Positions 8,650 to 17,929 of a stretch of DNA of 64,000 nucleotides are shown one piece after another (position 1 is the first letter of the stretch; every line of letters begins with the position of its first letter). Under the pieces are notes generated by a model. It made no database searches and was not told where the DNA came from. It worked only from the letters and a program-made list of their open reading frames with translations. Origin of the DNA: Spirochaetia bacterium (GTDB lineage: Bacteria > Spirochaetota > Spirochaetia > SZUA-6 > Bin103); assembly GCA_965203515.1 (NCBI GenBank), contig OZ241907.1, positions 2,976,001 to 3,040,000 of the forward strand. Reading direction: 5' to 3'. Both the position numbers and the translations under genes were made by a program.

Positions 8650-9258
8650 ATGCGATTGTATTCTTATGTAGTAAGGTGGGACTATGGATTTGCACCCAAT
8701 CCGTTTCTCGGAACATGCACTCTAGCAACCTGCAAGCCTAAGATCCGTAGATGTGCCAACACAGGTGATTGGATCGTCGGCACCGGCAGCAAGGAGCAGG
8801 GAAGACAGGGACATCTTGTCTATATCATGCAAGTTGCCGAAAAGATGACGTTCAACCAATACTGGAACGACGATCGATTCCAGATGAAGAAGCCAAACAG
8901 GCACGGTAGCCTGAAGCAAGCGTACGGAGACAACATCTACTTTCGCGGTCGTGACGGCCGATGGCGTCAGAGCGACTCCCGCCATAGCCTGGAAGACGGG
9001 TCACCAAATCACGACCACATACATAAAGATACAGCGGCAGACAAAGTATTGATCGGTGGGATCTATGCATATTGGGGCGGGTCTGGCCCTAGGGTCCCAT
9101 CGTGTTTCCGGAACTGGCAAGGATGGGACCTCTGCATATCAGGACGTAGCCACAAGAGCCGTTTTCCGGGAGCCATGGTAGCCGCGTTCGTCGGTTGGTT
9201 TATGGATCTCAACAAACGCGGATTTCTCGGTGAACCATTGGATTGGAATGATGACTAA
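8650..9258 (+). CDS. Nmad2 (nucleotide modification-associated domain 2) protein
   Basis: LYSYVVRWDYGFAPNPFLGTCTLATCKPKIRR...GDWIVG...YGDNIY is the Nmad2 signature. Confidence 0.9.
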   Translation: MRLYSYVVRWDYGFAPNPFLGTCTLATCKPKIRRCANTGDWIVGTGSKEQGRQGHLVYIMQVAEKMTFNQYWNDDRFQMKKPNRHGSLKQAYGDNIYFRGRDGRWRQSDSRHSLEDGSPNHDHIHKDTAADKVLIGGIYAYWGGSGPRVPSCFRNWQGWDLCISGRSHKSRFPGAMVAAFVGWFMDLNKRGFLGEPLDWNDD

Positions 9259-10411
9259 CCCGTGTACTCGGTCGTCAATACACTCCGACAAAGAAGCTAA
9301 CATATTCCCATTGTCGTCGTCGACGACTCTCGAGGATTACCTTCGAGAGATCGAGCCCACCGACCGACTACCCGCGGACCAGGAGCCGGTACTCATGGGT
9401 CTATTCGGCGAGGTGGGCAGTATCCTGGCCGCTCTCAAGAAACGAGTTCGTGACCGATCTGCGTACTCGGAGTATGACGAAGTCGTCGCGGAGGAATTCG
9501 GGGACGCACTTTGGTACTTCGCTGCCTTGTGTCGCCGTCTGTCGATCCCAATGGAGTCGGTAGTCGGCCACATACCAGGTCAAGCGATGCGCAGCGCCAG
9601 CCCTCTTGAGAATCCCGACCTCCCGGCCACACGCCTTGCAGCGACGCTTATAGAACTAGGAACGGCGGCTGCCGCACTACTCCGAATCAGTACTCCGGGC
9701 GCACGAGTCAATGATCTGCTATGCGAATTCTGGACCCGCTACATGGCCTCGTTACATGTCTCCGGCCTCAAGCTGCACGTCGTTGCCATGCGGAACCTCC
9801 GCAAAGCCCGCGGCCGTTTCCTTAAGCCGGACCCGTCAAGCCTACCGACGTTCGACTGCGGTTTCCCCGCTGACGAGCGCCTTCCAGAGCATTTCGAGAT
9901 CACCATCCGTCAACGTCCAAGCGGCCAGACCAACTTGCAGTGGAACGGCGTATTCATCGGCGATCCGCTGACCGACAATATCGCGGATAGCGACGGCTAT
10001 CGCTACCACGACGTCTTTCATCTGGCGCACGCCGCCATCCTGCACTGGTCGCCTACATTTCGCTCTCTGATCAAGCACAAGCGCAAGACCGTCCCTCACG
10101 TCGACGAAGCACAAGACGGCGGAAGGGCCATTGTCGTCGAGGAAGGACTTACCGCTTGGGTATTCTCACGCGCCAAGCAGCTCGGATATTTTGAGTGCCA
10201 TAGCAACGTGTCCTTCGATGTCCTTAAGACGGTACAGCAGTTTGTACAAGGATATGAGGTCGATGAATGCCCACTCAACCTATGGGAGAAGGCCATCCTC
10301 CAAGGCTATGAGGTCTTCAGACAGGTTCGTGATAATGACGGAGGCATCATCGTGGGCGACCGTAGGACGAGGAAGATCGCTTACAGGCCGTTGGCGGACG
10401 ACGGTTCATGA
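9251..10411 (+). CDS. MazG-like nucleoside triphosphate pyrophosphohydrolase with MazG_C domain
   Basis: GLFGEVGSIL...KK...EEFGDALWY, and C-terminal GDPLTDN...DGYRYHDVFHLAHAAILHWSP...KRK...DEAQDGGRAIVVEEG. Confidence 0.9.
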   Translation: MTNPCTRSSIHSDKEANIFPLSSSTTLEDYLREIEPTDRLPADQEPVLMGLFGEVGSILAALKKRVRDRSAYSEYDEVVAEEFGDALWYFAALCRRLSIPMESVVGHIPGQAMRSASPLENPDLPATRLAATLIELGTAAAALLRISTPGARVNDLLCEFWTRYMASLHVSGLKLHVVAMRNLRKARGRFLKPDPSSLPTFDCGFPADERLPEHFEITIRQRPSGQTNLQWNGVFIGDPLTDNIADSDGYRYHDVFHLAHAAILHWSPTFRSLIKHKRKTVPHVDEAQDGGRAIVVEEGLTAWVFSRAKQLGYFECHSNVSFDVLKTVQQFVQGYEVDECPLNLWEKAILQGYEVFRQVRDNDGGIIVGDRRTRKIAYRPLADDGS

Positions 10412-11118
10412 CTCCTGGTCAATTCGTCGAGGAATTGAGCAGACTTCGTTTCGCAAATACGTTCAACCCCTACTCCAACCGATGCGACCGTCACGATGTG
10501 TATGACGCGCCCAAGCTTCGCTCCCGTATGTTGATCGAGATGCTTGATGCCGCAGCGGCTAGAATGGTCGATTCTATATGGGTGGGACGAGATCTTGGCT
10601 ATCGCGGCGGACGGCGAACCGGACTCGCATTCACTGACGACGCGCACCTCTACTACCACGCCCAACGTTGGGGAATATCCGGTTGCCGCCCAACCATCAA
10701 TGCTTCCTACGCCGAGCGGACGGCTTCAATCATCTGGCGCGTACTTTCCAGAATTGATCTTCCGATTTTCTTGTGGAATGTCTTTCCGCTACACCCTTAC
10801 GAGCCGGGCAACCACTTTAGTAATCGATTACACAACAGCCGCGAACGGCAGGCCGGTGAACGACTTCTGCGGCAATTGATTGCTTTGCTGGAGCCGCGGC
10901 GGTTGATAGCGATCGGCAACGATGCCGCGCGAGTGGTATTCAGCCTGTCCACACAGTGTGACGTCGAGTATGTACGCCATCCCAGCTACGGAGGACGAGC
11001 GCTCTTCATGTCGAAAATGTGTAAATTGTACAATCTTGATGATGGTTTCGCGGGAACAGACTATACGCCACAACTCAATGGCTTCTCTGGGCCTCAAGAA
11101 AGATCAACGATCCGATGA
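10408..11118 (+). CDS. Uracil-DNA glycosylase superfamily protein
   Basis: NTFNPY, GRDLGYRGGRRTGLAFTD, ERTASIIW, WNVFPLHP, SNR, VRHPSYGG. ATGA overlap with MazG. Confidence 0.85.
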   Translation: MTPGQFVEELSRLRFANTFNPYSNRCDRHDVYDAPKLRSRMLIEMLDAAAARMVDSIWVGRDLGYRGGRRTGLAFTDDAHLYYHAQRWGISGCRPTINASYAERTASIIWRVLSRIDLPIFLWNVFPLHPYEPGNHFSNRLHNSRERQAGERLLRQLIALLEPRRLIAIGNDAARVVFSLSTQCDVEYVRHPSYGGRALFMSKMCKLYNLDDGFAGTDYTPQLNGFSGPQERSTIR

Positions 11119-11142
11119 TAGCCACGCCTGAAGAGATGCGTC

Positions 11143-11778
11143 ATGTCTAATCGAGTTGGAGCCGGGAAGCTCATCGTCTTCGAGGGACCTGACGGCGTAG
11201 GAAAGTCTACGCTCGCGCGATGTCTTTCCGAGCGGCTCCTGAACGGTGGCATCAGGTCCGAGTACACAGCATTTCCAGGTAATTCTCCCGGCACTATAGG
11301 TCGGATAATCTATGATATCCATCACGATCCAGCGAGTTTCGGTATCGAGAAACTCTCTCCTACAAGCCTTCAAGCCCTACACATTGCTGCACATTTAGAT
11401 GCGATCGAACGGTCCATAATGCGGTCACTGAACGAAGGCATCTGGGTCATTCTTGATCGTTTCTGGTGGTCCACGAGGGTCTACGGTTCTGTATCCGGCG
11501 TGGGCCAAAGCGTCCTGAACGCGATGATTGACGTTGAGAAACTTCAGTGGGGAGACACACAGCCGGATGTGCTCTTTCTAATTGCTCGTTCGGAATCAGC
11601 TACGTGCTCCAATTGTGACCTTCGCAAGGAATACCGATTGCTGTACGAGTCAGAGCGGAACAGATATCCCGTACACACGATGCAGAATGACGGTACGATT
11701 GGTGATTCCATAAGCGAAATACTTGCGGTTCTGGATCTAGATGATCGCTTCGGCGCGGACTCCGATCAAAGCAGCTAA
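11143..11778 (+). CDS. Thymidylate kinase-like P-loop (d)NMP kinase
   Basis: LIVFEGPDGVGKST, FPG, VILDRFWWST.VYG, QPDVLF. Confidence 0.88.
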   Translation: MSNRVGAGKLIVFEGPDGVGKSTLARCLSERLLNGGIRSEYTAFPGNSPGTIGRIIYDIHHDPASFGIEKLSPTSLQALHIAAHLDAIERSIMRSLNEGIWVILDRFWWSTRVYGSVSGVGQSVLNAMIDVEKLQWGDTQPDVLFLIARSESATCSNCDLRKEYRLLYESERNRYPVHTMQNDGTIGDSISEILAVLDLDDRFGADSDQSS

Positions 11779-11789
11779 GCCAGCTAAGT

Positions 11790-12036
11790 ATCCAACGGCT
11801 CGGCGTCCGCTGATGTGGGCCGGTTGGCGCAGCTTGCGCTGATGGCGGCGGCGCGCCGCGAGATGAGGACGGCGCTGGAGGCGGCGGTGCGGCTCATGGG
11901 AGAGTTGGACCGGGCGGGACAGAGCGAACGGTTCGCGGTGGTGGTGTTGTACGTGCTCCGCACGCAGGATGAGGAGACGTTGCGGGAGTTCGGCGCGGCG
12001 CTGCGGCGGGAAGTACGGGGACCAGGAGGAGTATGA
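11790..12036 (+). pseudogene. Truncated Rpn/YhgA-like protein fragment
   Basis: Helical segment ...VVVLYVLRTQD...GPGG leads into a typical Rpn C-terminus in a different frame. The N-terminal nuclease domain is absent. Confidence 0.6.
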
Positions 12037-12260
12037 ATACGTATGGGGAGCAGCTGATCCAGGAAGGCCGTCTGGAAGGCATCCGGGAAGGCGTGCTGAA
12101 AGGCCGGCAGGAGGGCCGCCAGGAAGGCCAGGTGGCCACCATCGAGAGCTTTCTGCGCGCCGGCGTCGAGTGGTCGATCATCGAGCAGGCTACCGGCATC
12201 GGCCAGCAGGCGTTCGAGTTGCTCCGCCAACGGACCCACGCGTCAGATCGGGAGCGCTGA
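12033..12260 (+). CDS. Rpn C-terminal small protein (RpnS-like, 75 aa)
   Basis: MNTYGEQLIQEGRLEGIREG..EGRQEG...IEQATG. Strong SD AGGAGGA just upstream. Confidence 0.7.
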   Translation: MNTYGEQLIQEGRLEGIREGVLKGRQEGRQEGQVATIESFLRAGVEWSIIEQATGIGQQAFELLRQRTHASDRER

Positions 12261-12273
12261 CCGGGCGCGCGTA

Positions 12274-13032
12274 CTACCGGAGCGCGTCCAGCACCGCTTG
12301 GTGGAGGATGCCGTTGGTGGCCACGAAGGTGCCGCGGTGCACCGATTCGGTGCCGTCGGCGTTGGACCAGCGCCCGCCCGCCTCGGCGATGATCGCCGCC
12401 GCCGCGGCGCAGTCCCACGGGGCGTCGAGCAGGTTGACGCAGAAGTCGATGCGGCCGGTGGCCAGACAGACGTACGAGTAGGCGTCCATGAATCCGTAGC
12501 TGTAGCCGGTGCGGCGCAGCAGCGCGAACAGGCGCGCGCCGAGCGGCTCGTCGTACCGCTGCAGGTGGCCCAGGCCGCTGCCGATGGCGTCGGCCACCGC
12601 GCCGGTCTCCGACACGCGCGCCGGCTCGCCGTTGCACCAGGCGCCGCCGCCGCGCGCCGCCCAGCAGGTCAGCCGCATCGCCGGCAGGTGGATCACGCCG
12701 AGCGCCGGGCCGGCGGCGTCCTCCAGCGCGATCAGCACCGCGTGCGTGACGATCCCCCGGATGTAGGGCCGGGTACCGTCCAGCGGGTCGACGATCCAGG
12801 TGCGGCCGCTCCGCCCGCCGGCCGCGCCGGACTCCTCGCCCAGGAAGCCGTCGGCCGGAAACGCGCCGAGCAGCTCGCCGCGGATCAGCGCCTCGCACCG
12901 GCGGTCGACCTCGGTCACCGGCGACGCGTCCTCCTTGATCGAGACGTCCGCCGCGCCGCGCCGCGCGAGCTGGATGGCGCCGGCGGCGTCGGCGGCCCGC
13001 CTGGCCGCCTGCAGCTCGGCGTCGAACGGCAC
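12274..13032 (-). CDS. Inositol monophosphatase family protein (HisN-like)
   Basis: SPVTEVD, LGEE, WIVDPLDGT, PWDCAA. Confidence 0.9.
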   Translation of the reverse strand: MPFDAELQAARRAADAAGAIQLARRGAADVSIKEDASPVTEVDRRCEALIRGELLGAFPADGFLGEESGAAGGRSGRTWIVDPLDGTRPYIRGIVTHAVLIALEDAAGPALGVIHLPAMRLTCWAARGGGAWCNGEPARVSETGAVADAIGSGLGHLQRYDEPLGARLFALLRRTGYSYGFMDAYSYVCLATGRIDFCVNLLDAPWDCAAAAAIIAEAGGRWSNADGTESVHRGTFVATNGILHQAVLDALR

Positions 13033-13052
13033 CGTCCCCCCCGGCCGGCCGG

Positions 13053-14252
13053 TCAGCCGTCGATCGACGGGATCGGCACCTGCGGATCGACGTCGGCGCG
13101 GTAGTCGACGTCCGGCATCCCGAAGCCGAACAGCCGCAGGAACTCGCGCCGGTAGCCGTCGACGTCGAGGACCTGCCGGTACCCCTGCTCGGTGACCTGC
13201 TCCCAGCGCTCCCGTACCGCCGCCTGCACCGCCTCCGCCATCTCGTGGTCGTCCAGCCGGATGCGGCCGGCCTCATCCACGGGGACGCCGCCGCGAACGC
13301 ACAACCGCTCCCGGAACAGGCGGTCGATCTGCTCGATGCACCCCTCGTCCGTGCCCCGCTCGCGCAGCAGCGGCGCAAGCATGGCCAGATAGACGGCGAC
13401 CGTCGGGATCGCGGCGCTGGCCTGCGTCACCAGCGCGCGGTTGACCGACAGCAGCGCCCGGCCGCCGCACCGCGCGCGCAGCCACCGGTCGAGCGCGTCG
13501 GCGGTCCGCTGCAGGTCCTCCTTGGCCTTGCCGATCGTGCCGTCGCGGTAGATCGGCCACGTGTGCTCGGGTCCCAGGTAGGTGTAGGCCACGGTGCGGC
13601 AGCCGTCGGCCAGCGCGCCCGCGCCGTGCAGCGACTCGATCCAGCGGCGCCAGTCGTCGCCGCCCATCACCGCCACGGTCTGCTCGATCTCGTCTTCGGT
13701 GGCCGGCTCGATGCCGGCGTCGGCCAGGGCGCCGGTGCGGGCGTCGATCGTCTTGCCCGTGAACGGAGCGCCGATCGGCTTGATGACCGAGTTGCAGGTC
13801 CGCCCGCTCTCCGGATCGATGCGCCGCGGCGCGGCCAGGCTGTAGATCACCAGATCGACCGAGCCGTCCAGATGCCGGGCGATCAGCTCGGCGACCCGTT
13901 CCTTGGCCGCATCCGCGAAGGCGTCGCCGTTGTAGCTCCACGCGCCCAGGCCGGCGTCGGCCGCCGCCCGCTCGAACGCCGCGCTGTTGTACCAGCCGGC
14001 GGAGGCGGTCCGCCGGGCCGAGCCGGGCCGCTCGAAGAAGACGCCGGCGGTCTTGGCCCCGCACCCGAACGCGGCGACGATGCGCGACGCCAGTCCGTAG
14101 CCGGTCGACGCGCCGACCACCAGCACCGACCGCGGGCCGTCGATCGGGCCCCGCGCGCGGACGTGGGCGATCTGCTCGCCCACGTTGGCGGCGCACCCGT
14201 CGGGGTGCGCGGTCATGCAGATGAAGCCGCGCACGCGCGGTTCGATGATCAT
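13053..14252 (-). CDS. fabV: Enoyl-ACP / trans-2-enoyl-CoA reductase FabV
   Basis: MIIEPRVRGFICMTAHPDGC, GASTGYGLASRI, SAGWYN, VMGGDDW, GTIGKAK, EGCIEQ. Confidence 0.95.
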   Translation of the reverse strand: MIIEPRVRGFICMTAHPDGCAANVGEQIAHVRARGPIDGPRSVLVVGASTGYGLASRIVAAFGCGAKTAGVFFERPGSARRTASAGWYNSAAFERAAADAGLGAWSYNGDAFADAAKERVAELIARHLDGSVDLVIYSLAAPRRIDPESGRTCNSVIKPIGAPFTGKTIDARTGALADAGIEPATEDEIEQTVAVMGGDDWRRWIESLHGAGALADGCRTVAYTYLGPEHTWPIYRDGTIGKAKEDLQRTADALDRWLRARCGGRALLSVNRALVTQASAAIPTVAVYLAMLAPLLRERGTDEGCIEQIDRLFRERLCVRGGVPVDEAGRIRLDDHEMAEAVQAAVRERWEQVTEQGYRQVLDVDGYRREFLRLFGFGMPDVDYRADVDPQVPIPSIDG

Positions 14253-15013
14253 GGGCCGGTACCCTCCGGTCTCCGCCGGCCGGTGTCAAACGCACCCTCG
14301 CGCACCGCGCGGCGCAGCAGCGCTCCGGCGCTCGGCAGCGATCGCACCGCGTACCGCGCGGCCAGGATCAACCGCTGATCGGCGGTGAGGCCGCCGTCCG
14401 CGCCAAGCGCCGCCGCGCGCGAGCGGCGCGCGTGCTGCAGCACCATCGCCACGGCGACGCTGACGTTGAAGCTGCGCGTGAAGCCGTCCATCGGGATCGA
14501 GAACCAGCCGTCGGCGGCCGCCGCGGTCGCCTCCGTGACGCCCGCGTGCTCGTTGCCGAACACCACGGCGACCGGCGGCGAGAAGTCGACCTGTTCGAGC
14601 GTCGACCCGCTGCCGGCGCGGGTCGCCAGCACGCGGTAGCCGGCGCCGCGCAGCCGATCGAGCCACCGTTCGCCGGGGTTCCACCACGCCACCTCCAGCC
14701 ACCGGTCCGCCCCCTGGGTGACGCGGTTGGGCGGGCGAGCGGCCGCCCCCGGTCCGGCCGCCGCCCTGACCACGTGCACGGCCGGGAAGCCGACCCCCTC
14801 GCAGGTGCGCAGCACGGCGGCGACGTTGCCGTCGTCGTGGACCTGCTCCAGCACCGTGGCGACCGCAAAGCTGCGCCGGGCGGCCACCTCGCGGATGCGC
14901 TGCCGCCGCGCCGGCGTCAGGTGCGGGGCCAGCAGCGACCAGACCGCGGCCGCCGGCAACGCTATGCCGTCGACCTCGACGGTGGCAGAATGGGGAAATG
15001 GTTGCGAGCGCAT
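14249..15013 (-). CDS. TrmH/SpoU family RNA 2'-O-methyltransferase
   Basis: GNVAAVLRTCE, VFGNEHAGV, IPMDGFTRSFNVSVA. Confidence 0.9.
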   Translation of the reverse strand: MRSQPFPHSATVEVDGIALPAAAVWSLLAPHLTPARRQRIREVAARRSFAVATVLEQVHDDGNVAAVLRTCEGVGFPAVHVVRAAAGPGAAARPPNRVTQGADRWLEVAWWNPGERWLDRLRGAGYRVLATRAGSGSTLEQVDFSPPVAVVFGNEHAGVTEATAAAADGWFSIPMDGFTRSFNVSVAVAMVLQHARRSRAAALGADGGLTADQRLILAARYAVRSLPSAGALLRRAVREGAFDTGRRRPEGTGP

Positions 15014-15711
15014 GCGCGGTGCCGGGCGCCTTGAGGGTACGCGCCCGGCGCGCCGGCGTCACCGCGCTGCTGCTGGCCGCCACCGCCGCGCCGGCGGGCG
15101 CGGACGCCCTCTGGGAGCGGGCCGTCGCCCTGGTGACGGCCGGCCGGCACCTGGTCCCCGGCACGCGGGTGACGCGCACGCAGGAGCACGCCGCGGACGG
15201 CACGCTCCGGTCGGTCCGCGAAACCGAAGCGCGCGCGCGGATCGACGACGGCGAACTGACCTACGAGCTGGTGCGCTCCATGCAGGACGGGCAGGAGACC
15301 GATGCCGACGGCGCGACCGGCGCCAGCGCCACGCAGTTCTCCGACGCGTTCCAGGCCGACCTGCCGGCCATCGTCGGCGCCGAGCGCGACGGCGGGACGC
15401 GCACGATACGCGGGCAGCGGGCGGTCGGCTACCGCATCGAGCAGCCGCAAGATCGGTACACGATCCGCGGGCGGGCCTGGATATCGGAGCAGGGCGTCCC
15501 GCTGGAGCTCCAATACACGGTCGACCCGCTGCCGCGGATGGTGAGCGCCATGGGCCTCCGCGCGACCTACGAGCTCGAGGACGGGCAAGCCCTGGTCAGC
15601 GAGGTCGTCGTCCAGGTCGACGTCAGCGTCCTCATCTTCTACCGCGCGCGGTACACGATCACCGTCTTCCTGGAAGACTACTTCGATCCCGGCTTCGATC
15701 CCGGCGCCTGA
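14998..15711 (+). CDS. Hypothetical exported protein
   Basis: Signal-peptide-like stretch followed by a beta-rich body. Start position uncertain. Confidence 0.6.
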   Translation: MVASACAVPGALRVRARRAGVTALLLAATAAPAGADALWERAVALVTAGRHLVPGTRVTRTQEHAADGTLRSVRETEARARIDDGELTYELVRSMQDGQETDADGATGASATQFSDAFQADLPAIVGAERDGGTRTIRGQRAVGYRIEQPQDRYTIRGRAWISEQGVPLELQYTVDPLPRMVSAMGLRATYELEDGQALVSEVVVQVDVSVLIFYRARYTITVFLEDYFDPGFDPGA

Positions 15712-15797
15712 CGGTCCGCCCGCCCCATGCTGCGTCAGCCCTGCGCTGAAGCGCCGGGGCCGGCAGCGCCGTTAACCGGTCGAGGTCTCTTGCGAAG

Positions 15798-17354
15798 ATG
15801 GACACGGGCCCGGCCGGCGCGGCGCGCGAGTACGACGATCCGGTGGAGGCGGAGGCTTACGCCACCTTCGGGGTGCCGTACCTCTATCCGGCGCAGCGGC
15901 TGGTGATCGACGACATCCTGGACGGCCGCAGCCAGATCGTGCTGATGCCGACCGGGGGCGGCAAGTCGCTCTGCTTCCAGCTTCCGGCGCGCCTGCTGGC
16001 CGGACCGACGCTGGTGGTCGTCCCGTTGCTGTCGCTGCTCCAGGACCAGCTCCGGCGGCTGCGGGAGGGGCCGTTGCGGGTCGCCGCGCTGGCCGGCGCG
16101 CAGGAGCAGCCGGAGCGCCGGCAGATACTGCATCGGCTGGCGGAACGGGAGATCGACGTGCTGTTCACCACGCCGGAAACGCTCGCCGGCCGATTCGGGG
16201 AGGCGCTGCCAAGCCTGAGCATCTCTCACTGCGTGATCGACGAGGCGCACTGCATCTCGGAGTGGGGCGACCGATTTCGGCCCGCCTACGTGGAGATGGG
16301 GGCGGTGATCCGCGCCGCCGGCATACCGGTGGTGAGCGCCTTCACCGCCACCGCCAGCAGCGGCATCGTCCGGCGCATCCGGGAGGTGATCTATGCCGAT
16401 GCCCCGGTGTCGGTGGTGGCGGTCGACCCCGATCGGACCAATCTGCGCTACGCGGTCCGCCAGGCGCTCTCCAAGCGGCGCGCGCTGGTCGAGTGCGCGG
16501 AACGGATGGCCCGCCCGCTGATCGCCTTCGCCTCCAGCCGGGGCGGCACCGAGCACTACGCCCGCCATCTGCAGGCCGCCGGCATCGCCTCCGCCCGCTT
16601 CTATCACGCCGGACTCGACGCCGAAGAGCGGCGGGCGATCGAACGATGGTTCATGGAGTCGGCCGACGGCGTGCTGGTCGCCACCTCCGCCTACGGGATG
16701 GGGGTCGACAAGGGCGACATACGCACCGCCGTGCACCTCGACCCGCCGCCGTCGATGGAGGCGTACCTGCAGGAGGCGGGCCGCGCAGGGCGCGACGGCC
16801 GGCCGGCCGCCGCGCTGCTGCTGCACGCCGGCGAGGCGGAGCGGCGGCGGATGGCGCTGATGACGCCGGCCGACCGGCGGCGCTACGCCGCCATGCTCGA
16901 CTACGCCGCTTCCCGCCGCTGCCGACGCGAGCAGCTCCTGGCGCCGTTCACGGATGGCGAGGTCGCCTGCAGCGGCTGCGACGTCTGCGACCGGGAGATC
17001 GCGCCGGCGCCGCCGGAGGCCGCGGAGATCGCCGCCCTGGTGCGCCGGCACCGCGGGCGCTTCGGCCTGCGCGAGACCGCGCTGCTGCTGGGCGGCCGGC
17101 CCACCTATGAGGCGGCCGCCCTCGGCCTGCGCCGGACGCGGGGGTTCGGCTACCTGCGCGGCTGGCGCGAGGCGGAGATCGACGAAGCGCTCGCCGCGCT
17201 GTTGGCCGCGGGGACGATCGAGCGCCGGCGGCGCGGATTCGCGCCGGCGCGCCTGGTCACGCCGCGCCGGCGAGCGGCGGCCGGCGCGGCCGCTTCCGCC
17301 GCCCGCGCCGTTTCCGAAACCGACCGGCTGCGGTACGTTGGTCGACAGCCCTGA
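15798..17354 (+). CDS. recQ: RecQ-family ATP-dependent DNA helicase
   Basis: MPTGGGKSLCFQLP, IDEAHCISEWG, TATA, YHAGL, GMGVDK, QEAGRAGRDG, and the Zn site CRR...CSGCDVC. Confidence 0.9.
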   Translation: MDTGPAGAAREYDDPVEAEAYATFGVPYLYPAQRLVIDDILDGRSQIVLMPTGGGKSLCFQLPARLLAGPTLVVVPLLSLLQDQLRRLREGPLRVAALAGAQEQPERRQILHRLAEREIDVLFTTPETLAGRFGEALPSLSISHCVIDEAHCISEWGDRFRPAYVEMGAVIRAAGIPVVSAFTATASSGIVRRIREVIYADAPVSVVAVDPDRTNLRYAVRQALSKRRALVECAERMARPLIAFASSRGGTEHYARHLQAAGIASARFYHAGLDAEERRAIERWFMESADGVLVATSAYGMGVDKGDIRTAVHLDPPPSMEAYLQEAGRAGRDGRPAAALLLHAGEAERRRMALMTPADRRRYAAMLDYAASRRCRREQLLAPFTDGEVACSGCDVCDREIAPAPPEAAEIAALVRRHRGRFGLRETALLLGGRPTYEAAALGLRRTRGFGYLRGWREAEIDEALAALLAAGTIERRRRGFAPARLVTPRRRAAAGAAASAARAVSETDRLRYVGRQP

Positions 17355-17372
17355 GATCAGGAGGCTAGGGAG

Positions 17373-17918
17373 ATGTTGTCCGCAGGCAAGCGAAACTTGA
17401 AGTCATCGACGTTGGTGGTGGTGGTGCTCGCCGCGGCGCTGGTCGTCACCGCGTCGATCCTCGTCCACGTGCTGTTTGCCAGCAACGTCAACGATCTGAC
17501 CGTCGAGCTGCTGGCCGCCATCATCGCGGTCGTGCTGGTGGTGGCGTCGGTCGGCGTGACCATCCACTTTCAGGTTCGGTCGGAAACCGAACGGGAGTAC
17601 CGGGTCGAGCTGTTTCGGCAGAAGCTCAAGCTGTACGAGGACACGCTGGCGTGCATCGCCAAGTCCGACGACGACGGCACGATCCACGACCACGAAATCG
17701 AGGAGATGCGCAACTTCGCGCGGATGACCGCACTGGTAGCCAATCGCGACCTGATGGAATCGCTGGCCACCTTCATCACGTCGGTGGAGCGCAACCGAAC
17801 GCTGACCAACGACGACTACCAGGGTTCCTTTCGGTCGGTCGTCGACGCGATGCGCGAAGACCTGGGCGTGGTGGAAGGAGAGGTACGCGACTTCGTCAAG
17901 ATGCTCATGAAGGAGTGA
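17373..17918 (+). CDS. Hypothetical membrane protein (two N-terminal TM segments)
   Basis: Two hydrophobic helices followed by a soluble helical domain; SD-like AGGGAG upstream. Confidence 0.75.
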   Translation: MLSAGKRNLKSSTLVVVVLAAALVVTASILVHVLFASNVNDLTVELLAAIIAVVLVVASVGVTIHFQVRSETEREYRVELFRQKLKLYEDTLACIAKSDDDGTIHDHEIEEMRNFARMTALVANRDLMESLATFITSVERNRTLTNDDYQGSFRSVVDAMREDLGVVEGEVRDFVKMLMKE

Positions 17919-17929
17919 GCCGATTCACG

